Source: Styela clava
Taxonomy: Eukaryota
Reading direction: 5' to 3'
Assembly: GCF_964204865.1 (NCBI RefSeq)
Contig: NC_135255.1
Span: 11,532,001 to 11,596,000, forward strand
Length of the DNA stretch: 64,000 nucleotides
Numbering within the stretch: the stretch's first letter is position 1; every line of letters begins with the position of its first letter. Position numbers and translations under genes: made by a program. The notes under the pieces are model-generated. The model made no database searches. It worked only from the letters and a program-made list of their open reading frames with translations, and was not told the DNA's origin. Shown piece after piece: positions 40,064 through 49,667 of the stretch.

Positions 40064-40680
40064 TGTAGATTTTGATGTTCAATTATCATCCATTATAATG
40101 TCAAAGATATAAATCCTGTTCACAAAACATTTCAATCTTGAAAAATCTCATCTTCGTCAAATGTGTAGTATTTTAACTGAATCATTCTATTTTGTAATCT
40201 TAAACAATAGACACAAAAAATTAGACAACATAGCGCAAAATATACTGGTATATCATATCTGGTTCAATATTTTGATAGCTTTTGTTTGATCAAAAGTTTG
40301 GATTTATATTTCCAAAATACATTAAATCCCATTTATATGATACTAGAAACAACATTCGAATATGCTATTAAGTATACCGGTACATATGGCATATTTGTCT
40401 ATAAGAGAAACAAGACAAAAATGAGCCTAACTTACGAGGATAAATTTCACACTTGATACAACTAAAATCAAACAAAACTTGGTCATACATTGAAAAGAAT
40501 TGTAATACCAAAAATTGGAGGAACATTTTTGAAAAGGTTTGTTGTTCGTTTTAAATCCTTTTAATTACAATATAATCTTAATATAACAATATGAAATTCC
40601 TCAGTTCAGCATTAATAAGTTGGACCAGAGTTATACAAATATTTTCAGTCAACAAAAAAAATATATTTCAAGAGATTAGG

Positions 40681-40971
40681 CTAGCTTGATGGTGTCAAAA
40701 GTGAGCTAATTGTGTTTTCAACTTCTTTAGACGATTGGTTTGCCAGCGATGCACTATATTCCACTCCAAATGGATGACGAGCATAGACTTTCGGTTCTAT
40801 GTTGCTACATTCTCGGATAAGGATTGGGAAACCAGGATTTTCTTTCTTGATTGCGACATATCTATTCTCTACAAAATCTCGAACTCCTTGACTGGATGAT
40901 GACTTCTGACATAAATGTATTCGAAGTTCACGAATGTGCTTTGACAAATTAACAAGTTGCTTTGCCGCCAT
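40681..40971 (-). CDS. NDUFA2: NADH:ubiquinone oxidoreductase subunit A2 (CI-B8), intronless, 96 aa
   Basis: RELRIHLCQKSSSSQGVRDFVE..Y..IKKENPGFPILIRECS..EPKVYAR..FG.E. Confidence 0.97.
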   Translation of the reverse strand: MAAKQLVNLSKHIRELRIHLCQKSSSSQGVRDFVENRYVAIKKENPGFPILIRECSNIEPKVYARHPFGVEYSASLANQSSKEVENTISSLLTPSS

Positions 40972-41384
40972 CTTTTATTCTTCTTTGGATCCCCTTGAAC
41001 CTGCTCGTATATATTACTGTATTAGTATTGCAGAAGCAATAATAAAAAATAAATATAAAAAAATGACAGTTTTTTATATGATATTTCCACACTATTCACA
41101 CCGAACAAGGCCCTGCATAAGCAGCTATTGCAGTATTGATAGGTCTGTAGGTGGGAAGCTGCTATTTTCAGAAAACAAAACGAACTAGCCTCTTAGCTAG
41201 TCTATGTATGAGTAGGACTCTGCCGTGAACCACGCTATGGCATTGAGGAGCCCCGCAATCTCCTTGCACATAATAAAATGAATTTACGGCTGCAGGGTGC
41301 TTTATCAAAAAACATTCGTCTGTCTGTCTGGAGTTGTGCACTCGCGCATCTTTACTCGCGCAGCGTTACTGGACTGGCGTTACC

Positions 41385-41420
41385 CAAAGTGACTATAACT
41401 AACTATTTATAGTCACTTTG
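41385..41420. mobile_element. 36-bp palindromic transposon footprint with perfect 8-bp TSD
   Basis: GCGTTACC [CAAAGTGACTATAA CTAACTAT TTATAGTCACTTTG] GCGTTACC. Confidence 0.8.
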
Positions 41421-42861
41421 GCGTTACCGTGCCGGTAGTGCTCTGACTCAAATCAAACTCCAAATAAATACTATATAATATATCTGAATAAATATATAAA
41501 TCTGACAAAAATATCTGAATATTCGAGAAAACATTTTGCGATACAGCTTTGTCTGAAAGAAAATATGCGAACGCTTTGCGCAAACTGATTCATGTGTGAA
41601 TGCAGTTTCTCGAGAACAGCATTTGCGAGAACAAATTTTCGCGTAAACGTATTTTTCAAAAATGTAATTTTGTGACAAAATATTGAAATCTCGGACAACC
41701 TACTTTTCCGAGACTGTAAATTTATGCAAACGAATTTTGCAGAATTGCAGTTCCGACATCGTGACACTGGACAGAAGTTTGTTCTCGCAAAGCTAGGTTC
41801 TCCACATCCTTTTTTTCGTGCATCATACAGTGAAAGAAGATCTCTGAATAAACTAGAAAAATAACCGAAAATAGAGATGAATTAACGATATATAGTATGA
41901 TCAAAATTTATCTAATAATTATCTTGCCTGCAGCAAACATCAATAACAAAACCAAGAAGCGTGTTGCAAATGTCGTGTTCAGAAATTTTACTTGAAACAA
42001 AATGCGATCAGAATTATTACATTCCAACTCTCTATATTCAATACGCCAGCTCATTAAATACCGTAGGAGATGAGATTTTAAAAAATTGGTAATTATAGAT
42101 ATTAAGAGAAAACGACACCTCTCCTGTTTCTACTAAAGTAGGATAGGACCTATCTCATTTGACTCTGAAATTTAATTTGAAAAAGTGGTGCGGGTGCGTG
42201 AGCATGACCATGTGCTTTAGCGGGAAGGTTTTGCCGATAAGAAATGATAAATGTTCGATATTCATTATGGAATTTATTATGTCTTATCTGTATGTAATGA
42301 TTTATATTATTATAAATAAAATTACATTTATTATAAAAAAATGGTATTGCAGCGTTACGGTACGGTATTGGTTATCTCCAAACAGTTAGGTACGGTACAG
42401 GTAGCATGTGTCGGCTGTCGCATTGTATTTCTGTACCGGTATTTTGGATATAAGATGCGATAGGTTAGGTACAACAGTACAATGCAAGGGTATATGACAT
42501 TTGAGTTGTGTTATAGAAAAAATCACGGTATCTTACTAGCATATTCATATATTTGAATATCATGATAATGGTACGGTACATTTTATAGTTTCAGCAGTTT
42601 TGTTCTGTATTTTCAAAGCATCCATTGGGTTTCACAATGCGATATAAACAGTAAGTCAGTAACACAGTAATAGCGTTTTATATTCACCCATTGTTTACAC
42701 TGTTATGACATTGAATTTGTGAAAATTCATTCAAAATAAATTTTTGAATTAAAAAACAATTGGAATATTTTTATGATCATATATATTTATATAGCTTCAA
42801 TACTTAAAATATATCGAAAATATAAAAAGTGAAACATTGCATACAGATATATGTTGTAGGT

Positions 42862-43305
42862 CGGGGGTCGGCAACCTTTTGTCGCTCGCGGGCCAAAATT
42901 AAAGGTTGCAAGTCATTGGTGGGCCGCACATATTTTTAGAAAGTTAATATCCGAACGGATAGCCGATTAATCACATTTTTCACACAGATCAAGAGTTAAA
43001 GTTTGAGCAGCGCACAAAGACTGATCATTTGAATATTTTCTGCGCCAATGAACCATTCGCACTCAGCATCAACTTTACTGCGTTTTGTTGCCATTTGTCT
43101 GATTATAATTAAATTGTAGGCTCATCAAACGAGTAATCGTGAATTATATATTTGTTAGGATATAATATAATTTAGTCTCAAAATAAATTATGTTAGGTAA
43201 AGAATATAATCGTCAAAACAGCTGTTTTGTTACTATAAATATAATTTAGTGAAGCGTCGCGGGCCGGATTATATTGCCTCGCGGGCCGTAGGTTGCCGAC
43301 CCCTG
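42862..43305. mobile_element. hAT-Charlie-type MITE
   Basis: TIRs CGGGGGTCGGCAACCT / AGGTTGCCGACCCCTG; TSD TTGTAGGT / TTGTAGGC (7/8, central TA); GCGGGCC subterminal motifs. Confidence 0.88.
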
Positions 43306-43723
43306 TTGTAGGCTATCTCATTCAATTCATTGATAGTAATGCTATGGCCATTTACTTTTTTCATATGTATTCAGTACTTCGGTCCTCGAGTGTAATGATT
43401 GAGAGAAATATTGTTTCTGTGGAAAAATAGGTTGGCATCATGTTATTAGTTATAATAAAACCCAACGAAAACATTTAAAACCTCAATAACTACTCGATCT
43501 TCGTTTAATAAGCTATAAATTAATCCACTGGTTTCCGTGTAGTTCACAAGTCAGGTACCGGTACTTGAATGTGAATCATGGGAAAATCTTTTACTACTGG
43601 AAAGTACATTAACCATCATACTGCCATAAGATGTGGCAAGGTTCAGTAACATGATTGCATGCTCATAAACTCTTTCACTCAGAAATAAGCTGAGTGATAA
43701 CAATTGTCAGTTTGTGTTGTTGC

Positions 43724-43902
43724 TAGTAGTGGGATTCAGCCGGTTTGCACCTGTTCTATAGAACCGTCTCACAGAATTTTATGAGTTCAGCGAACCGGTT
43801 AGCATTACTGAAAAAAAACATGACTTTTTGTAACAGAACCGGCTGATAATATGACATTTGTGTGATGGAACCGGCTGACAAAAAATTTGAATTCCACTAC
43901 TG
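43724..43902. mobile_element. hAT-family MITE with perfect 8-bp TSD
   Basis: TIRs TAGTAGTGGGATTCA / TGAATTCCACTACTG; TSD GTTGTTGC at 43716-43723 and 43903-43910; repeated GAACCGG. Confidence 0.88.
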
Positions 43903-44175
43903 GTTGTTGCCTAATCTTGAATCTAGGTATTAATCTAATTTTGTGGATTTTTTAATTAATGCATTGCTATTGCTAATTAATTCGACTTTCATCTTGACAC
44001 CTGGCAGCATGATCACCACCAATCACAGAATCAACTGATCAATTTTTCAGTGAACAATTGAATAAATACCGAAAATTCCCGATTGTCTGCTTGTGTCTAT
44101 AATACTTTTTAATTCTGTCTCTATAAAAACAGTTTATAGTAAATTGATAGATGAATTTTCATAAGGACTGCCACC

Positions 44176-45333
44176 ATGAACAGTTTCTTCAAATTAGGGA
44201 GAAGGCTAACTAACTGTTCTCGTGAAATTAGTGTATTTTCAACCTCACAACCAAATGGAACAAATCATGCTTGGCATAAAGCCGTCTCAGAAGCTGAGAA
44301 AATTGTTGGATTTCCGACGTCTTTTCTAAGTTTAAGAGCTTTATTGAGTGACGAGTTTGGTGGACTTGCATTACACCTAAGAAAACTGATAAGCACCAAA
44401 CATCCTTTACTAAATACAGCAAGAGGCATCATGTTCGATTCTAAAAATTATTTACAAACAAGAGGATTGGTTGTGTTACTTATTTCAAAAGCAGCTGGAA
44501 TCACAGATATAGAAAGTGATTTTACCTCAACAGAGATTTACGAAAAACAACGTGCTTTGGCTGAAGTTACTGAACTAATTCATGTTGCATTCCTCGTCCA
44601 TAGAGGCATTGTGGATGTGAATCAGATTGTTGGGAATGTAAGTAAAACAGATATTGACTTTGGTAACAAACTTGCAGTATTAGGAGGTGATTTCTTACTT
44701 GCTAATGCATGTACTGGCTTAGCAAAACTGCAAAACACTCAAGTTGTAGATCTCATGTCAACATCGATTAAAGATATATCAAGTTCACTTGTAATTCTAC
44801 CAGAAAGTGATTCAGTTTGTGATGTCGAAATGCTTTCGGGACTTCCTATGAACGAAAATAGCTGGAAAGAGACAGTTCACCTTTCAGCTGGAAGTTTATT
44901 ATCGAATGCCTGTCGCTCAGCGATGTTGCTTGCATCGTCAGATGTTAAACTTCTCGAATCTGCGGAAAAGTTTGCGCATCATCTTGTACTCGCTCAACAA
45001 GCTCGACACGATTCTTTGAGATTTGATACATTAGAAGCCTTGGAACAAAAACCTAATTTTTGTTGCCTTTGTTCACTGCCTGTAGTATTACTAGCAGAAC
45101 AAAATGGTGGACTCGAATGGATAAAAAAATTTACTATTGATGAAGGTTTAAAGAATGTTAAAATAGATGTTGAAAAATTATTCCACACTGTAAAAAATGA
45201 TCCAAATGCTTTGCAACAATCACATAAATTGTGCGCAAATCATGTTGATAAGGCTTTAAATTATTTGCATGTATTTCCCCAAAGCGAGTCTAAGGATGCT
45301 TTAGTCAATATACTATTTTCTGTTAAGGAATAG
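44176..45333 (+). CDS. PDSS2: Polyprenyl (decaprenyl) diphosphate synthase subunit 2, intronless, 385 aa
   Basis: W..AVSEAEKIVGFPTSFLSLR.LLSDE, HPLL.TARG, RGLVVLLISKAAG, GNKLAVLGGDFLLANAC; HRGIV in place of DDxxD marks the non-catalytic subunit. GCCACCATG start. Confidence 0.96.
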   Translation: MNSFFKLGRRLTNCSREISVFSTSQPNGTNHAWHKAVSEAEKIVGFPTSFLSLRALLSDEFGGLALHLRKLISTKHPLLNTARGIMFDSKNYLQTRGLVVLLISKAAGITDIESDFTSTEIYEKQRALAEVTELIHVAFLVHRGIVDVNQIVGNVSKTDIDFGNKLAVLGGDFLLANACTGLAKLQNTQVVDLMSTSIKDISSSLVILPESDSVCDVEMLSGLPMNENSWKETVHLSAGSLLSNACRSAMLLASSDVKLLESAEKFAHHLVLAQQARHDSLRFDTLEALEQKPNFCCLCSLPVVLLAEQNGGLEWIKKFTIDEGLKNVKIDVEKLFHTVKNDPNALQQSHKLCANHVDKALNYLHVFPQSESKDALVNILFSVKE

Positions 45334-45363
45334 AATAAAACTGTATAGAATATAAGCATTGGT
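45334..45363 (+). promoter_or_regulatory. 30-bp PDSS2-COQ3 spacer: poly(A) signal followed by candidate trans-splice acceptor
   Basis: TAG-AATAAA(45334-45339)-ACTGTA-TAG(AG 45347-48)-AATATA-AG(45355-56)-CATTGGT-ATG; too short to hold a promoter. Confidence 0.55.
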
Positions 45364-46284
45364 ATGAAGCGATTGTTTGAATTATGTCATCGTTATTCCT
45401 TTCTTATACGGAAATCACACCAGACGATTGTGATAAGAAGCGATAATATTTTCACGACAATATGGCAAAATAATTCTGATTATCACCAAAACGAAAGTTC
45501 CACAAATGACACAAACACCCATGACCATGAAGAAACAAAAAAGTTTTCGGATTTATCTACCAATTGGTGGGATATAAACGGTCCAATGAGAGCACTGCAT
45601 TCAATGAATAAAGTACGAGTACCTTTCATAAGAGATTGTTTGATCTATGAAGGATATGGAAATGGAGAAATATATACAGACAAACCTTTGAAAGGTATTG
45701 ATATACTTGATGTTGGATGTGGCGGTGGTATTCTTACTGAGCCTTTAGCAAGATTAGGAGCCGACGTTGTAGGAATAGATGCATCAGAAGAACTGATTGA
45801 AATTGCGAAAAAACATAGGCTTCCAGAACTAGAAAACTTGCAATATCTCAATGCATTGGTGGAGGATATAGCTTTAGTGGGATCTTTAAAATTTGATGCT
45901 GTTGTGGCGTCAGAAGTTATCGAACATGTTTCAAATCCACATTCATTCATACAAACTTGCTCGAGTGTACTCAAACCAAAAGGGTCCATGGTGATCAGTA
46001 CTATAAATAAAACTTTACAATCATATCTTCTTGCCGTCAACTTCGCTGAGCGAGTTTTGCAAGTTGTACCCCGAGGTGCTCATGACTGGAATAAATTCAT
46101 AGCGCCAGAAGAAGTTATCGAATATTTAGATCATTGTGATTGCTCTTTTAGAAAAATTCATGGTATGCTATATAACCCGTTTTGTGATGATTGGTCGTTT
46201 GTTAGTAGTACCAATATGAATTATATTATTCATGCTGTTAAAAGACAAGATATTGACAATGACCAAGATAATGATATAGATTGA
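45364..46284 (+). CDS. COQ3: Ubiquinone biosynthesis O-methyltransferase, intronless, 306 aa
   Basis: WWD.NGP.RALHSMN.VRVPFIRD, ILDVGCGGGILTEPLARLGA, FDAVVASEVIEHV, STINKT, G.HDWNKFI.PEE. Confidence 0.97.
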   Translation: MKRLFELCHRYSFLIRKSHQTIVIRSDNIFTTIWQNNSDYHQNESSTNDTNTHDHEETKKFSDLSTNWWDINGPMRALHSMNKVRVPFIRDCLIYEGYGNGEIYTDKPLKGIDILDVGCGGGILTEPLARLGADVVGIDASEELIEIAKKHRLPELENLQYLNALVEDIALVGSLKFDAVVASEVIEHVSNPHSFIQTCSSVLKPKGSMVISTINKTLQSYLLAVNFAERVLQVVPRGAHDWNKFIAPEEVIEYLDHCDCSFRKIHGMLYNPFCDDWSFVSSTNMNYIIHAVKRQDIDNDQDNDID

Positions 46285-47656
46285 GTAAAATAAATTTCTT
46301 GGTCTTACAATAATGATTAATAATTCTGGTTTTTCGTTGTTCATTTTCTTTTATATCAAATGATTTGATATACTTTTGGTAAAAAATGGAAATGAATCGT
46401 ACACTATTTCATCACAGTGGAACCAAATGAGAGCTTGTCACATTTCAAGATTTTGGGAAATCACATTTTCGTAAATTATAGATCTATGCAGCCAAACCCA
46501 AAAAGGATGTGAAACATTCACTAAAACTAAAACAGGTAGAGCTTTAATACCCAGACCAAAAACATGGACCATGGTCCATAATGACAGAATCCCAAAAAGG
46601 CAATTTGTAAAAAATGTGATATAAGCTACTTTGGTTTTACAGTGGTGAATTTTTCTAATGTCTAACTTAATAAGGCCTAATTTTACTTCAAAGTTCAAAA
46701 TGGTATATTTCTGTGTACTACCTTCTATTAATAACAAGCTATGTAATGTTCTGAAATAGAGAATTCAGAGTTGATATACAAGCATGATTGTATGTAACAT
46801 ATCTGTTATTAAAAAGTAGAATCATAAAATTTTATTTTCGCATTCACAAATACTCAATATTCTTTGGCTTAATCTGCATCTTGAACAAAATGTCATGGCA
46901 TCCAATTTCTATTGTTTTTTACAGATAATTATCACCACCTTATTAATAGTTTATATACTATTGTGAATATATGCTTCTATAGTAGGAAGAATTTTTATCA
47001 TTTCAAAGAAGATCAACCTCATACATATTCAGCCAGAATTCAAAGGATTGTATCTTGATAATTCAGTTGTATCGAAGTAGACTCTTATCAGCCAAGAAAA
47101 AAACGTATGACTTTTTTGACTGATCCAATTTTGGCAGAAACAAAATCAGAAATTTTATCTATTAACTCTACACTCCTACATAGATGCTGATAGAAAAGGC
47201 CGATAGAAATCATATTTTAGTAAATGACTATAATCATGGGTTGAAATACAGTCATTCTGGGACAATTTTAAGACCCCGATGGATGCCATAATATAAGCGT
47301 CCGTTCAGTCGAGGGCAATCAATAAACTGATTTAGTCACTTAGACTCATTTTTTTCAAAAACCATCTCAACTCAATTTAAAGAATGATTCAATAGGGTGG
47401 TTTGACCACACAGATGAAGTCCTACTCAGTATCTCAACTTGAGTGGTAGCAAAATGATATCTATTCCAGTTAATTAAGATAGGTAAAATGTTACCCTAAG
47501 AAGCATATGTTATCCTTTCATAAGATATTTATCCAACCAATATGAAATGATTTTTCTCGGTAAAGATTGAGAAATCATGTTTGTAAAGTAGACTGTGTTT
47601 TTATTTCAGTACTTGAGTGTCAAATCCTGATTGCGTTTACTCAGTGTTATTGAAAA

Positions 47657-48547
47657 ATGTTGCGATCTTGGATAGGACTCTTAGGTAGGCCTAAGGTGAT
47701 CACATCTCAACTGTTGAAAAAGTCAAGATACTTATCAACGGCAGCAAATGATGAACTTGTTGTCCAACAACTTGATGGTGATGACGAAGGAATTGTTGTT
47801 CTCGGTTTAAATCGACCTAAAGCAAAGAATTCATTCAGCAAAAGTTTGAGTCAAAAACTGACTCAAGCGATCGAGGACTTACAGTACGAGGAAAAATTGA
47901 GAGTGCTTATCATTAGAAGCATGATCCCTGGCATATTCTGCGCTGGAGCTGATTTAAAAGAGAGGGCGACAATGCCACAAAGTGAAGTTGGTCCATTTGT
48001 ATCTCGTCTTCGAAGATTATTATTCGACATGCAGAACTTTGCAACACCAACCATTGCTGCAATAGATGGCGCTGCTCTCGGAGGTGGTTTAGAAATGAGC
48101 TTAGGATTCGACATGCGTATTGCTTCTAATAATGCTTCATTGGGTCTTGTGGAGACCAAACTTGCTATCATTCCAGGAGCTGGTGGAACGCAAAATCTCA
48201 CACGACTTATCGGAGCGAGTATGGCAAAGGAAATGATTTTTACAGGAAGAGTCGTAAAGGGAGAAGAAGCAAAAACCCTTGGTATTGTGAATCATGTTGT
48301 CAAGCAAAATGAAAACGGTGATGCTGCGTACTTGAAATCCCTTGATTTAGCTCGTGAAATTCTTCCTCAAGGACCAGTAGCATTGCGTATGGCAAAACGA
48401 GCAATAAATTGTGGCTCGGAAATAGATATTTCTAATGCACTTGCCTTTGAGCAAGCTTGTTATGCACAAGTGATCCCAACCAAAGACAGAATTGAAGGGC
48501 TCACAGCGTTTAGAGAAAAAAGGAAGCCAAAATATACAGGAAGTTAA
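47657..48547 (+). CDS. AUH: Methylglutaconyl-CoA hydratase (AU-binding crotonase family), intronless, 296 aa
   Basis: GIVVLGLNRPKAKNS, IRS..PGIFCAGADLKERA, PTIAAIDG.ALGGGLE, LVETKLAIIPGAGGTQ, NENGDAAY, EQACYAQVIPTKDRIEGL.AF.EKRKP.Y; upstream acceptor TTTATTTCAG (AG 47608-09). Confidence 0.93.
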   Translation: MLRSWIGLLGRPKVITSQLLKKSRYLSTAANDELVVQQLDGDDEGIVVLGLNRPKAKNSFSKSLSQKLTQAIEDLQYEEKLRVLIIRSMIPGIFCAGADLKERATMPQSEVGPFVSRLRRLLFDMQNFATPTIAAIDGAALGGGLEMSLGFDMRIASNNASLGLVETKLAIIPGAGGTQNLTRLIGASMAKEMIFTGRVVKGEEAKTLGIVNHVVKQNENGDAAYLKSLDLAREILPQGPVALRMAKRAINCGSEIDISNALAFEQACYAQVIPTKDRIEGLTAFREKRKPKYTGS

Positions 48548-49667
48548 AAAATTCTCGTAATCACCACATTTATTATTTTATTTAATTATTCGATCAATAT
48601 CCTATTGTTTGATTGCCATGCATGTGCCATAGGTGTGCATTCCACCACACTTTGCCAGCAGCAAGTTTTGACTTGTTACTCTTACTTTTTGCCAAACCAT
48701 TCTAGTCTAAAATCATTATTAGATTAATGTTGTACTTGATGCTGAAAACATGCAATTCGCCATAATAGGAGTCCTCACATTGAAAGTTCATTGTAATCAT
48801 GTCATTTTTATTACCCCTCGTTTTTGAAGCGCATTTGACTGAAATTGTTATCTCAAGCATAGACTTCTATTGTTGACATTTTGACTCCAGCCCAGTAAAA
48901 TTCCAAGGTATTCACCAGCTGTATTTTGTTAAGATTGTCTTAATTAAGAAATCTTACTTACTTCATGCTTTATGATTTTCTTTTAGAAATTTTACTTTGA
49001 TTATCACTGTTTAACTGAAGGTTTAAGCTTCAGACTCTCAATTCCGTAGAATTAAAAATTTCAACTCCAACTGACATGAATAAAATCTTGCACTATCTGA
49101 CTCCACAGTCGACCACATATTGAATTAGAAAAGTCCTGATACCGGGGACAATTTTTGTGTTAAAATTTTGAGATAGATTTTATATGAATCTTGTTAGAAG
49201 TGGAATGGTTCTGCTATCCTAATTTATTGTTTTGAAGCATAGATTATGTGTATTAGAGGTGAAGTTTGTACTGTCAAATTTCATTCCATTTGAGTATATA
49301 TTTTTTTTCTGATTGCTCATGACAAAATGAAAATCGTGACACTTTGTTGAAAACTAGGTATGCGTTTGTCAGAAATTACTGTTGTCATAATAAATATTAT
49401 TATTATTGGCAAACTAGTTTCCGCCTTTGAAAAATTATTTTGAATATTTATTCAATTTTAAAGCTTGAGCATTACTAAATCAATATTTAATAAATAATGA
49501 TATGTACTAAATCATTATGTAACCATGTGTTTTCTATATGATGCTGTGAATTTAAATATTATATTATTTACAAATTCGAACAATATTTTTAAATGACTGA
49601 GAAAAATTGATAATTTTGGTTGATTAATTTACTCATCTTAAATTATTCTCTATGATTTAGCAGAATT

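Noticed and set aside
47221-47340. Possible C/D-box snoRNA or hidden gene between COQ3 and AUH
   Set aside because: The C box is non-canonical (ATGACTA), there is no recognisable guide, and reading frames in the spacer are short and interrupted.
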